This document shows positions 12,458 through 28,352 of a stretch of DNA of 64,000 bases, piece after piece. The position numbers and the translations under genes were made by a program. The notes under the pieces were generated by a model, which had not been told where the DNA came from, did no database searches, and was given only the letters and a program-made list of their open reading frames with translations. The stretch is from Macrostomum lignano (taxonomy: Eukaryota). How positions within the stretch are numbered: the stretch's first letter is position 1; each line of letters starts with the position of its first letter. The stretch is from contig NIVC01000696.1 of assembly GCA_002269645.1 (NCBI GenBank), positions 248,001 to 312,000 on the forward strand, written 5' to 3'.

Positions 12458-13445
12458 GCAGATTGTGTCAATGGCTCAGCTCTGTCTCACTCTATTCCTC
12501 ACCTCACCTTGGCTACCCTCTCCCAGATTGTGTCTATGGCTCAGCCCTCCTCACCTCACCTTGGCTACCCTCTCCCAGATTGTCTATGGCTCAGCCCTCC
12601 TCACCACACCTTGGCTACCCTCTCCCAGATTGTGTCTATGGCTCAGCTCTGTCTCACTCTATTCCTCACCTCACCTTGGCTACCCTCTCCCAGATTGTGT
12701 CTATGGCTCAGCTCTGTCTCACTCTATTCCTCACCTCACCTTGGCTACCCTCTCCCAGATTGTGTCTATGGCTCAGCTCTGTCTCACTCTATTCCTCACC
12801 TCACCTTGGCTACCCTCTCCCAGATTGTGTCTATGGCTCAGCCCTCCTCACCTCACCTTGGCTACCCTCTCCCAGATTGTGTCTATGGCTCAGCTCTGTC
12901 TCACTCTATTCCTCACCTCACCTTGGCTACCCTCTCCCAGATTGTGTCTATGGCTCAGCTCTGTCTCACTCTATTCCTCACCTCACCTTGGCTACCCTCT
13001 CCCAGATTGTGTCTATGGCTCAGCTCTGTCTCACTCTATTCCTCACCTCACCTTGGCTACCCTCTCCCAGATTGTGTCTATGGCTCAGCCCTCCTCACCT
13101 CACCTTGGCTACCCTTTCCCAGATTGTGTCTATGGCTCAGCTCTGTCTCACTCTATTCCTCACCTCACCTTGGCTACCCTCTCCCAGATTGTGTCTATGG
13201 CTCAGCCCTCCTCACCTCACCTTGGCTACCCTCTCAGCTCTGTCTCACTCTATTCCTCACCTCACCTTGGCTACCCTCTCAGCTCTGTCTCACTCTATTC
13301 CTCACCTCACCTTGGCTACCCTCTCCCAGATTGTGTCTATGGCTCAGCTGTCTCTCGAATCCCCCACGTCACCTTGGCTACCCTCTCCCAGATTGTGTCT
13401 ATGGCTCATATTTTACCCTACTTCTCACCTCACCTTAACTACCCT
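12458..13445. repeat. Composite 65/52-bp minisatellite
   Basis: CAGATTGTGTCTATGGCTCAGCTCTGTCTCACTCTATTCCTCACCTCACCTTGGCTACCCTCTCC alternates with a shorter variant. Confidence 0.95.
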
Positions 13446-14370
13446 TCCATATTGTCTATTGCTGAGCTCCGACCACCTCCAGAAGCGAGTGAGATGATAT
13501 ATAACTATACACACATCAGTTCTATGGAGTTGCTACACAAGACACTACGATCATGTATGCCTAGGAGTATGCATACGAGTGTAGCACTGTAGCACTGGTA
13601 GAATATTGGAAACGCTCTCACTTCTTCAAGAGCTTGCAAACCGGATTAACATCCGGGACGGACAATCGCGAAAAATGGCTTTGAAAAAGAGAATGGCCTT
13701 TAATCTGCTAATGGAATGCCTAAAACGATTGCTAGAAGGCATGCATTTGTACAATGCACAGGCGCGGGAAAGCGAGTGCAAGCAAGATCTACTATACGGA
13801 TTTTTCGCTTCGAGAAATGATTTGCAAGCAAGTTGTTACCGACACGCCCAGCACTTTTCTAGAGACCGACAGCTCCTTAACAGCCAATCAATACTTGTAG
13901 AAAGGGCAACGGGTCACACGGCATACTGCAGCTAGGATTAGTGATCGTCATTGGGAAAAGTAGAACCACCACTTAAGCAGGTGCTAATAGCACTTGAATA
14001 GGACCGGCTCAATAGCTGTACGAGCTATCGTAGATATTTAATTTTTACAAACACTTGTACCTGCCTCTACAGCTTGTAACTATGGCACATAAGGCTATAC
14101 TCGAAGAACTGCCCGTCATTCGACTTGGGGATTAATAAAAAATGGTTTCGTTATTAATTTTAGTGCGACTCTGTCAGTGTGTAAAGATGAATAGACAATC
14201 AATTATTTCTTGGTCTTGCTAGCTGTGACGGACCGGGAGGTGCTTATCACCTCTCGAATGGCAAGAGAGCAGTTTTTCCAAGGTGGATATGAACCTTATC
14301 CATGATTTATTTTTTTTCTAACTGACTGCACTTGTCTCTTCCGATTTTATCTACATGTATGGCAAAACTC

Positions 14371-16220
14371 ACTTGACTATCAGCCAATTTTTACTGTCAG
14401 TGACTCGACTGTCAGTGACTTGACTGTCAGCCAATATTTACTGTCAGTGACTTAACTATCAGCCAATTTTTACTGTCAGTGACTCGACTGTCAGTGACTT
14501 AACTATCAGCCAATTTTTACTGTCAGTGACTCGACTGTCAGTGACTTGACTGTCAGCCAATATTTACTGTCAGTGACTTAACTATCAGCCAATTTTTACT
14601 GTCAGTGACTCGACTGTCAGTGACTTGACTGTCAGCCAATATTTACTGTCAGTGACTTAACTATCAGCCAATTTTTACTGTCAGTGACTCGACTGTCAGT
14701 GACTTAACTATCAGCCAATTTTTACTGTCAGTGACTCGACTGTCAGTGACTTGACTGTCAGCCAATATTTACTGTCAGTGACTTAACTATCAGCCAATTT
14801 TTACTGTCAGTGACTCGACTGTCAGTGACTTGACTGTCAGCCAATATTTACTGTCAGTGACTTAACTATCAGCCAATTTTTACTGTCAGTGACTCGACTG
14901 TCAGTGACTTAACTATCAGCCAATTTTTACTGTCAGTGACTCGACTGTCAGTGACTTAACTATCAGCCAATTTTTACTGTCAGTGACTCGACTGTCAGTG
15001 ACTTGACTGTCAGCCAATATTTACTGTCAGTGACTTAACTATCAGCCAATTTTTACTGTCAGTGACTCGACTGTCAGTGACTTAACTATCAGCCAATTTT
15101 TACTGTCAGTGACTCGACTGTCAGTGACTTAACTATCAGCCAATTTTTACTGTCAGTGACTCGACTGTCAGTGACTTAACTATCAGCCAATTTTTACTGT
15201 CAGTGACTCGACTGTCAGTGACTTGACTGTCAGCCAATATTTACTGTCAGTGACTTAACTATCAGCCAATTTTTACTGTCAGTGACTTGACTGTCAGCCA
15301 ATTTTTACTGTCAGTGACTTGACTGTCAGCCAATTTTACTGTCAGTGACTCGACTGTCAGTGACTTGACTGTCAGCCAATTTTTACTGTCAGTGACTTGA
15401 CTGTCAGTGACTTAACTATCAGCCAATTTTTACTGTCAGTGACTTGACTGTCAGTGACTTAACTATCAGCCAATTTTACTGTCAGTGACTTGACTGTCAG
15501 TGACTTAACTATCAGCCAATTTTACTGTCAGTGACTTGACTGTCAGTGACTTAACTATCAGCCAATTTTTACTGTCAGTGACTTGACTGTCAGTGACTTA
15601 ACTATCAGCCAATTTTACTGTCAGTGACTTGACTGTCAGTGACTTAACTATCAGCCAATTTTTACTGTCAGTGACTTGACTGTCAGTGACTTAACTATCA
15701 GCCAATTTTACTGTCAGTGACTTGACTGTCAGTGACTTAACTATCAGCCAATTTTTACTGTCAGTGACTTGACTGTCAGTGACTTAACTATCAGCCAATT
15801 TTACTGTCAGTGACTTGACTGTCAGTGACTTAACTATCAGCCAATTTTTACTGTCAGTGACTTGACTGTCAGTGACTTAACTATCAGCCAATTTTACTGT
15901 CAGTGACTTGACTGTCAGTGACTTAACTATCAGCCAATTTTTACTGTCAGTGACTTGACTGTCAGTGACTTAACTATCAGCCAATTTTTACTGTCAGTGA
16001 CTTGACTGTCAGTGACTTAACTATCAGCCAATTTTTACTGTCAGTGACTTGACTGTCAGTGACTTAACTATCAGCCAATTTTACTGTCAGTGACTTGACT
16101 GTCAGTGACTTAACTATCAGCCAATTTTTACTGTCAGTGACTTGACTGTCAGTGACTTAACTATCAGCCAATTTTTACTGTCAGTGACTTGACTGTCAGT
16201 GACTTGACTGTAAGCCAATT
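14371..16220. repeat. Modular minisatellite built from ACTGTCAGTGACT(CG/TG) and ACTGTCAGTGACTTAACTATCAGCCAATTTT(T) modules
   Basis: Modules of about 15, 17 and 31-32 bp in changing order. Confidence 0.95.
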
Positions 16221-16655
16221 AATGAAGCTAAAAATGACATTAGAGATTCAAATAAATTTTGAACGCAAATTTGTCAAACACACACATAGCTGGCCTGGTT
16301 TATTTTGCATGCAGGAGCAGATAATATAATTAGAATAAATAATAATAAGGACAACGAGACGGCTGTTTATCACAGGAAAATTTTGCGGGTGCTTGAACTA
16401 AGTTGCAGAGGCGAGTGTTTATAAAAAGGACAGCATGTACTTTTGAAAAATACGAGCTTATTAGAATGACATTGTGGAGTACTAAACAGAATATGCTGAA
16501 TTGCAGTAATAATATGTGTACGAAAGTTGCACACATTTCTGATTGGCGAATTTCTTAGCTTTGGCAGGAAAAGCACTAAGGCGGAAGCAATGAGCTTAGC
16601 GAATGAGTTGTTCGCCAAGAAGTAGCACCGATTATAATGTCTAAGTATGCAGTAG

Positions 16656-18844
16656 GGGTCTGGCTGAGCGGGTCACTGAGTCACTGCGAATGGGTCTAGC
16701 TGAGCGGGTCACTGAGTCACTGCGAATGGGTCTAGCTGAGCAGGTCACTGAGTCACTGAGGATGGGTCTAGCTGAGCGAGTCACCGAGTCACTGCGAATG
16801 GGTCTGGCTGAGCGGGTCACTGAGTCACTGCGAATGGGTCTGGCTGAGCAGGTCACCGAGTCACTGCGAATGGGTCTGGCTGAGCGGGTCACTGAGTCAC
16901 TGCGAATGGGTCTAGCTGAGCGGGTCACTGAGTCACTGCGAATGGGTCTAGCTGAGCAGGTCACTGAGTCACTGAGGATGGGTCTGGCTGAGCAGGTCAC
17001 CGAGTCACTGCGAATGGGTCTGGCTGAGCGGGTCACTGAGTCACTGCGGATGAGTCTAGCTGAGCGGGTCACTGAGTCACTGCGAATGGGTCTAGCTGAG
17101 CGGGTCACTAAGTCACTGCGAATGGGTCTGGCTGAGCGGGTCACTGAGTCACTGCGAATGGGTCTGGCTGAGCGGGTCACTGAGTCACTGCGGATGAGTC
17201 TAGCTGAGCGGGTCACTGAGTCACTGCGAATGGGTCTAGCTGAGCGGGTCACTGAGTCACTGCGAATGGGTCTAGCTGAGCGGGTCACTGAGTCACTGCG
17301 AATGGGTCTAGCTGAGCAGGTCACTGAGTCACTGAGGATGGGTCTAGCTGAGCGAGTCACCGAGTCACTGCGAATGGGTCTGGCTGAGCGGGTCACTGAG
17401 TCACTGCGAATGGGTCTGGCTGAGCGGGTCACTGAGTCACTGCGGATGAGTCTAGCTGAGCGGGTCACTGAGTCACTGCGAATGGGTCTAGCTGAGCGGG
17501 TCACTGAGTCACTGCGAATGGGTCTAGCTGAGCGGGTCACTGAGTCACTGCGAATGGGTCTAGCTGAGCAGGTCACTGAGTCACTGCGAATGGGTCTAGC
17601 TGAGCAGGTCACTGAGTCACTGAGGATGGGTCTAGCTGAGCGAGTCACCGAGTCACTGCGAATGGGTCTAGCTGAGCAGGTCACCGAGTCACTGCGAATG
17701 GGTCTGGCTGAGCGGGTCACTGAGTCACTGCGAATGGGTCTGGCTGAGCAGGTCACTGAGTCACTGCGAATGGGTCTAGCTGAGCGGGTCACTGAGTCAC
17801 TGCGGATGAGTCTAGCTGAGCGGGTCACTGAGTCACTGCGAATGGGTCTGGCTGAGCAGGTCAGTGAGTCACTGCAAATGGGTCTAGCTGAGCGGGTCAC
17901 TGAGTCACTGCGGATGAGTCTAGCTAAGCGGGTCACTGAGTCACTGCGAATGAGTCTAGCTGAGCGGGTCACTGAGTCACTGCGAATGAGTCTAGCTGAG
18001 CGGGTCACTGAGTCACTGAGGATGGGTCTAGCTGAGCGAGTCACCGAGTCACTGCGAATGGGTCTAGCTGAGCGGGTCACTGAGTCACTGCGAATGGGTC
18101 TGGCTGAGCGGGTCACTGAGTCACTGCGAATGGGTCTGGCTGAGCGGGTCACTGAGTCACTGCGAATGGGTCTGGCTGAGCGGGTCACTGAGTCACTGCG
18201 AATGGGTCTGGCTGAGTGGGTCACTGAGTCACTGCGAATGGGTCTAGCTGAGCAGGTCACTGAGTCACTGCGAATGGGTCTGGCTGAGCGGGTCACTGAG
18301 TCACTGCGAATGGGTCTGGCTGAGTGGGTCACTGAGTCACTGCGAATGGGTCTGGCTGAGTGGGTCACTGAGTCACTGCGAATGGGTCTGGCTGAGCAGT
18401 TCACTGAGTCACTGCGAATGGGTCTGGCTGAGCGGGTCACTGAGTCACTGCGAATGGGTCTGGCTGAGCGGGTCACTGAGTCACTGCGGATGAGTCTAGC
18501 TGAGCGGGTCACTGAGTCACTGCGAATGGGTCTAGCTGAGCGGGTCACTGAGTCACTGCGAATGGGTCTGGCTGAGCAGTTCACTGAGTCACTGCGAATG
18601 GGTCTGGCTGAGCGGGTCACTGAGTCACTGCGAATGGGTCTGGCTGAGCGGGTCACTGAGTCACTGCGGATGAGTCTAGCTGAGCGGGTCACTGAGTCAC
18701 TGCGAATGGGTCTAGCTGAGCGGGTCACTGAGTCACTGCGAATGGGTCTAGCTGAGCAGGTCACTGAGTCACTGCGAATGGGTCTAGCTGAGCAGGTCAC
18801 TGAGTCACTGCGAATGGGTCTAGCTGAGCAGGTCACTGAGTCAC
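16656..18844. repeat. 36-bp minisatellite, about 61 units (GGGTCTAGCTGAGCGGGTCACTGAGTCACTGCGAAT)
   Basis: Period of 36; source of the 725/731-aa ORFs. Confidence 0.98.
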
Positions 18845-19431
18845 AATTTAAACAATCTGACGAGTAGGACCATAAGCATGGTATTCTGGCATTTCAATAT
18901 CTGGACTGAACGATTGTATCTAGGGAAAAGAATAGCGCTTTGGAGAGAGGCAAACACGGCACAATAATTGCATTAATAATAAAAACTAAAAAAGTAATGA
19001 TTAATGATAGCTGTGAACAAAATGATGATTGAAATAGTCGAATGCCTATTGCACCAAATATTGCTTATTAAAGCAGCAGAGCTTAATAACCACAAAGAGG
19101 ACTAGAGTGAGCACACCAGTAATAGTTGAGCTCACACTGATTAATTAATTGACTAAATAAATAAATGAATGCAGAAACCTACAGCAATGGAGACCGCTGG
19201 AAGACCGCCCACCGCTGACTGAGTGAAAGCAGGCTAAAACAGTATGAAAGCAAGACTAGCACAATGTATATGATGCTTTGTTGCGACTCAACAGAAAGGC
19301 CTATAAAAATGTGTTTGTAAGACAATTAATTGAAGCGATATAGTTAATACTTGGCGCAATTAAATAAACAAAAAGTGCAGACACAAGCATAAGCTTTGCA
19401 ATTGAGTCAGCACCAATGGCGATAAGCAGAC

Positions 19432-19437
19432 TTTATT
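19432..19437 (-). terminator. Candidate polyadenylation signal AATAAA of PKN
   Basis: TTTATT on +, about 30 nt downstream of the PKN stop codon. Confidence 0.5.
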
Positions 19438-19467
19438 AAATATCATATTTAAGCTGAGCCCAGGCCC

Positions 19468-19617
19468 TCATGTTGAGCACCAGGGGGCGGTGAAATCAAA
19501 GTCCACAAACAGTTCCTGATCCCGCTGGCTGAGCGGTGGTCGCTGCTTGGCGGGCGTCAGCACCGGCCGCTCGTCAGTGAACTCCGCGTCAAAGTTGCTG
19601 ACGTCTTCGCTGTTGCG
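19468..19617 (-). CDS. PKN: Protein kinase N, exon 8 (last): AGC C-terminal tail
   Basis: RNSEDVSNFDAEFTDERPVLTP...QELFVDFDFTAPWCST*. Turn motif LTP, PKN-type acidic hydrophobic motif FxDFDF. Acceptor TTCCTCAG, phase 0. Confidence 0.93.
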   Translation of the reverse strand, partial: RNSEDVSNFDAEFTDERPVLTPAKQRPPLSQRDQELFVDFDFTAPWCST

Positions 19618-19649
19618 CTGAGGAACAAGCGGATATATTGGGGTCAGTT

Positions 19650-19858
19650 TGCTCTGGGGTCATCACCAATGCACTGGGGATCATCACCAATGCACTGGGG
19701 TCATCACCAATGCTCTGGGGTCATCACCAATGCACTGGGGTCATCACCAATGCACAGGGGATCATCAGCAATGCACAGGGGATCATCACCAATGCACAGG
19801 GGATCATCAGCAATGCACAGGGGATCATCACCAATGCACAGGGGATCATCAGCAATAC
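19650..19858. repeat. 21-bp minisatellite in PKN intron 7 (GGGATCATCACCAATGCACAG)
   Basis: About 10 visible units. Confidence 0.93.
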
Positions 19859-19883
19859 TGAGGGTCATACAAAAAGGACTCAC

Positions 19884-19955
19884 AATGCTTGGCACGTAGG
19901 GCGCAGATAGGCGGCACGCCAGCAAGTCATCCCAGGCCAATCGGCGAAAGAATGC
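19884..19955 (-). CDS. PKN: Protein kinase N, exon 7
   Basis: AFFRRLAWDDLLACRLSAPYVPSI (72 bp). Acceptor TTTTTGCAG, donor GTGAGT, phase 0/0. Confidence 0.92.
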
Positions 19956-20075
19956 CTGCAAAAATTGAGATATGCAGAGTTTCGTTATGCTCCAATTGAA
20001 AGCGATGAAAAATGCTACACAGCTACTGGAAGTAGCGATTGGCGATTTAGATCTAGCATGGCTTAATGGCTTTTA

Positions 20076-23079
<3,004 letters not shown>

Positions 23080-23279
23080 CAAATGGATTGTCGTGCCATT
23101 CACACCTATGACGGCCAGCCCCCAAGGAACAGAGAGTGCACATGCCTTACGATGTCTTACGGTGCCTTACGGTGATGCATTACGGTGTGGTCAGTGGAAA
23201 GGGCAGGATTGCCTTAGCGCTTCGCCAGGATTCCCGCAAGCCTCCTGCGTATTATCATAAAGAAAAAGGGAGAACTCAC

Positions 23280-23791
23280 CAGTGGCGGCGCCAGAAATCC
23301 TTTGCTAGCTTTGCGAGGCGGCGGCGCCGGAGGCAGCGCACCACTCGAGTCCCGGCCGCCGCTGCCACTCAAGCGCTTTAAAAACGGCCACCAGGTCATC
23401 CAGTTGACATTTTTTGGCATCTGGGCGGCCAACCGTTTGCCTTTTCGCCGGCTTACAAGGCACTGACGCTGCCTCTGTAGCGGCTGTCGCTGACGATAGA
23501 CCTGCGGATTGTTAAACACAATCTCCGCAAGCAGTTGGCCCTCCGGCTCCAGCTGAATTGGAAGCGAATGCTTTTCGCAGTCCAGGTAGTCCTCCAGCTT
23601 GAGATAGCGCACAGCTGCTAGGCCGCGCGAGTCACGCCAGTGCACCTGGATCTCCAGCTCTCTGGCAGCGTTCAGCGGCACCGACACGCTGCCAGTTGAG
23701 CTGCCTGCCCAGCATTCGCTAGATACGGCGCGCCACTCAGATTCCCACTGATGTTTAGTGCTGTCAACGCGCAGAATGCAGCGGACTTCCT
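23280..23791 (-). CDS. PKN: Protein kinase N, exon 4: C2-like domain and pseudosubstrate region
   Basis: EVRCILRVD...RELEIQVHWRDSRGLAAVRYLKLEDYLD...LEPEGQLLAEIVFNNP...LQRQR closely resembles PKN C2 sequences. Phase 1 in, phase 0 out (GTGAGT at 23279). Confidence 0.93.
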
Positions 23792-24121
23792 CTGATCAAT
23801 TAAATAGGGCAGGACAAGCAGCATAATTATTTTATTGAATGAAAAATATTTGTAATTATGCGATAAAAGTTTATAACAATTCAAATGCACAGATAAAACA
23901 AACTAAAAATTCGCCTAAACACAAATTAAAATTAAAACATGATTCCTGTGGTCACAAAGCAGTAAACTAGGATTAAAAAAAGCGGCACATACGCTTGTTA
24001 CCATTAAACCCGTCAGAGAATCTACGCCTTGAGCCGCATAAGACGCTAAGCTTGCTTCTAGCTGAGCACAGCTGGGGGTTATCTGGTACAGATTGAATGG
24101 ATGAGCAAGTGAAGACAGAAT

Positions 24122-24905
24122 CTGATTGCTCTGGGAATCTGAGATGGCAGCTCATAGGGTCACTGATTGCTCTGGGAATCTGAGATGGCAGCTCATAGGG
24201 TCACTGACTGCTCTGGGAATCTGAGATGGCAGCTCAAAGGGTCACCGATTGCTCTGGGAATCTGAGATGGCAGCTCATAGGGTCACTGATTGCTCTGGGA
24301 ATCTGAGATGGCAGCTCATAGGGTCACTGATTGCTTTGGGAATCTGAGATAGCAGCTCAAAGGGTCACTGATTGCTCTGGGAATCTGAGATGGCAGCTCA
24401 TAGGGTCACTGATTGCTCTGGGAATCTGAGATGGCAGCTCAAAGGGTCACTGATTGCTCTGGGAATCTGAGATGGCAGCTCATAGGGTCACTGATTGCTC
24501 TGGGAATCTGAGATGGCAGCTCAAAGGGTCACTGATTGCTCTGGGAATCTGAGATGGCAGCTCATAGGGTCACTGATTGCTCTGGGAATCTGAGATGGCA
24601 GCTCATAGGGTCACTGATTGCATGGGTAATCTGAGATGGCAGCTCAAAGGGTCACTGATTGAATGGGTAATCTGAGATGGCAGCTCATAGGGTCACTGAT
24701 TGCTCTGGGAATCTGAGATGGCAGCTCATAGGGTCACTGATTGCATGGGTAATCTGAGATGGCAGCTCAAAGGGTCACTGATTGAATGGGTAATCTGAGA
24801 TGGAATCTCATAGGGTCACTGATTGCTCTGGGAATCTGAGATGGCAGCTCAGAGGGTCACTGATTGCATGGGGAATCTGAGATGGCAGCTCATAAGGTCA
24901 CTGAT
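24122..24905. repeat. 41-bp minisatellite, about 19 units, in PKN intron 3
   Basis: CTGATTGCTCTGGGAATCTGAGATGGCAGCTCATAGGGTCA at 24122, 24163 and onward. Confidence 0.96.
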
Positions 24906-24967
24906 GATGAAGCAATTCGGAAAGCAGCCACTATACCTCACAGCGCTAAGCAATAACCAGCGCTTAC

Positions 24968-25358
24968 TTGCCAAAGCTGACAGCTGTTCCTCGTCGTGCA
25001 AAAATCGCATGCTGCTGCTGCGAGTAGGCGCCGAATTCTCAGCGCCAGCAGCCTTGGATGCGGCGGCCAGATGGGCCGCATTGAACGCGGCCACTCCACC
25101 CTCGGGCAGGTCTCGGCAGCCCAGCAGGCGCAGGTCCAGGCGGCCAGTGACCGGAGCGGCCGCTTTCACAGACGGCCGGTAGGCGGCAAAATCGGCCGTG
25201 AGCAACAGTTGTAAATCTAGCCTGGCCGATTCGCTGTGCCGCTGGTTTTCGGCCAGCTGTCCGAGCAGCCGGCCAAGCGAGAACTTAAATAGGGCCAGTT
25301 TGGCTTGGGACTCGGCCAGACTCTGCTGCAGGCTGGGCGGCGGACCCTTGCCCTGGCC
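24968..25358 (-). CDS. PKN: Protein kinase N, exon 3: end of HR1c and start of C2
   Basis: LAESQAKLALFKFSL...KAAAPVTGRLDLRLLGCRDL. Acceptor CCCCCATACAG, donor A|GTAAGC (phase 0/1). Confidence 0.88.
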
Positions 25359-25408
25359 CTGTATGGGGGAATAGCGGCGGGGCTAAGAGAACATACTGGG
25401 TCTACATT

Positions 25409-26783
25409 TGACTGCCGACAGCCTGACTATCGACAGACTGACTATCGACAAACTGACTATCGACAAACTGACTATCGACAGCCTGACTACGAAAAACTGA
25501 ATATCGACAGCCTGACTATCGACAGACTGACTACGACAAACTGACTATCGACAGCCTGACTATCGACAGACTGACTACGACAAACTGACTATCGACAGCC
25601 TGACTATCGACAGACTGACTACGACAAACTGACTATCGACAGCCTGACTATCGACAGACTGACTACGACAAACTGACTATCGACAGCCTGACTATCGACA
25701 GACTGACTACGACAAACTGACTATCGACAGCCTGACTATCGACAGACTGACTACGACAAACTGACTATCGACAGCCTGACTATCGACAGACTGACTACGA
25801 CAAACTGACTGCCGACAGACTGACTATCGACAGACTGACTATCGACAAACTGACTATCGACAGCCTGACTATCGACAAACTGACTACGACAAACTGACTA
25901 TCGACAGACTGACTGCCGACAGACTGACTATCGACAAACTGACTACGACAAACTGACTATCGACAGCCTGACTATCGACAGCCTGACTATCGACAGACTG
26001 ACTATCGACAAACTGACTATCGACAAACTGACTATCGACAGTCTGACTATCGACAGACTGACTACGACAAACTGACAATCGACAGACTGACTGCCGACAG
26101 ACTGACTATCGACAAACTGACTATCGACAGCCTGACTATCGACAGACTGACTATCGACAGACTGACTATCGACAGACTGACTACGACAAACTGACAATCG
26201 ACAGACTGACTGCCGACAGACTGACTATCGACAAACTGACTATCGACAGCCTGACTATCGACAGACTGACTATCGACAGACTGACTGCCGACAGACTGAC
26301 TATCGACAGACTGACTACGACAAACTGACAATCGACAGACTGACTGCCGACAGACTGACTATCGACAGACTGACTATCGACAGACTGACTACGACAAACT
26401 GACAATCGACAGACTGACTGCCGACAGACTGACTATCGACAAACTGACTATCGACAGCCTGACTATCGACAGACTGACTATCGACAAACTGACTATCGAC
26501 AGACTGACTACAACAAACTGACAATCGACAGACTGACTGCCGACAGACTGACTATCGACAGACTGACTATCGACAGACTGACTATCGACAAACTGACTAT
26601 CGACAAACTGACTATCGACTGACTGACTATCGACAGACTGACTATCGACAGACTGACTACGACAAACTGACTATCGACAGCCTGACTATCGACAGACTGA
26701 CTACGACAAACTGACTGCCGACAGACTGACTGCCGACAGACTGACTATCGACAGACTGACTATCGATAGCCTGACTATCGACA
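25409..26783. repeat. 14/15-bp minisatellite (ACTGACTATCGACAG and variants) in PKN intron 2
   Basis: Visible period; source of the SQSVD ORFs. Confidence 0.96.
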
Positions 26784-27078
26784 CATTGACTAATACATAA
26801 TACAATGAGAATTTCAGCTACTAATGTTAATAGATTGCGCCCATGACCACTTTTGGGATTTTAAGTGCAACAAAAGAAATTAGTTGAATAATTATTGGAA
26901 AACTCAAAAGTGAATTTCTACACTTTATATCCTTGCTATTAAAAAATTGGCTATTTACGAGACAATTTGCGCATTTGGTCGAAAAATTAGAAAATGCAGA
27001 TTTGTACACTTGCATCTGCACTCAAACCTCATGCCTTATCACAAAAGTACAAGCAATAAAACGACCCTGACACCTTAC

Positions 27079-27658
27079 CTGCAAAGCTTTGGCAACTTTT
27101 TGAGCACCGTCGCATAGACGCCATTCGACAGTAATCCGGTGCTTGAGTTCTTCAACTCGCTGCTGTTCGACTGAGAGCGGCTCCTCGGTGGCTGTAGCTG
27201 AAGCGGCCAGCTGGTCTGTTGCTTGCTGTTGCTGTTGCTGCTGTTGAGAAGCCCTGAGCAGACAGTTCTTAAGGAAAGCAATCTTATCCCTGCTCTGCGC
27301 CAGCTCCAGCCGGACCTGCATAACCAGGTCAGGCGAGGAGGCGGCGGCCGAATTAGCGACCGCACCGCCAGTTGATGCGGCAGCAGCGGCCAGACTCTCC
27401 AGCAGCCGCTCGGCGCCACTCTTAACCTTCATCTCAATGGCCAGCTGTTTCTGCAGTTCAGCCACGTGAGCCTCGATGCCAACTCCGTCAGTTGCCGACT
27501 GGCTACTCGAGGATTTTGGCGAGGCCGCTGGCCCGGCGGCGGCTGCTTGGGGCAGCTGGGAGCAGCCGCGCATGTGCTGCAGCACCAGCAGCTCGGCACC
27601 GTTCACCGCCAGCTTATTCTGCACCTCCTCCAGCAGGCGCTCGTAGGTGTCAATCTCC
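27079..27658 (-). CDS. PKN: Protein kinase N, exon 2: HR1a end, HR1b, HR1c start
   Basis: ELQKQLAIEMKVKSGAERLL and RVEELKHRITVEWRLCDGAQKV are HR1-type repeats. Acceptor TTTACAG (phase 2), donor CAG|GTAAGG. Confidence 0.9.
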
Positions 27659-28116
27659 CTGTAAATTAATATGTTCGCAGGATGTGGTGGCCAGCCTGGC
27701 AATTCTGCCCATTCCGCTGACTCCTGAGCACACACAAGCTCGCCAATACTGTACTCAGGCACAGCACTCCTACACTCGCTTACAGAGGGTGTACAGCGGC
27801 CCTGACTGTCTAATCATAAGGCATGTACGCCCTCTGTGACTTAGGGCCTGGTCCTCATGCCTTCATACACATTTTACACAAGCTCCCAAATAAATGTGGC
27901 TGCGTACGGAATCGAAATAGTGTGAAACACTACTCTTGTGAAAAGTTGGATCTTCCCAAAGATTAGTTTTTGATCATTTATAACTCAACGGATTTCGAAT
28001 GCTGGCGACTTTATCGAGCTTCTGAAAGCCACTGGACTGTGTAAATTTGCGTAGCATAAAAATCTGTAAGAGGAAGTCCTGAACTATAAAACTAGACACA
28101 GAATCCCCAAGCCAAC

Positions 28117-28352
28117 CTGTTAACTTCTTTTGCCGCGCGCCTTTTTTCCATGGCGTTGCGCAGATTCTCTGCCCCAACCTTCAGCTTGCGCAGGCGCAGC
28201 ATTTCTTCTTTGAGATTCTCCTTCTGATTTTCAAGGTCGCGCACAATCCGATCGAGCAGTTCGGGCTCCGAGCGAGCGTGAAGCTTGTACTTGGCTGTGA
28301 CACTGCTGTAGGAGCAGTCCTGGTACTGCTGCTGCAGCTGCTGCTGCTCCAT
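28117..28352 (-). CDS. PKN: Protein kinase N, exon 1 (first coding exon found): HR1a
   Basis: MEQQQ...KEEMLRLRKLKVGAENLR. Donor AG|GTTGGC (phase 2). The joined CDS is 2904 nt (967 aa plus stop). An acceptor at 28367 may indicate further upstream sequence. Confidence 0.85.

Noticed and set aside
16641-18867. 725/731-aa ORFs
   Set aside because: Products of the 36-bp repeat.
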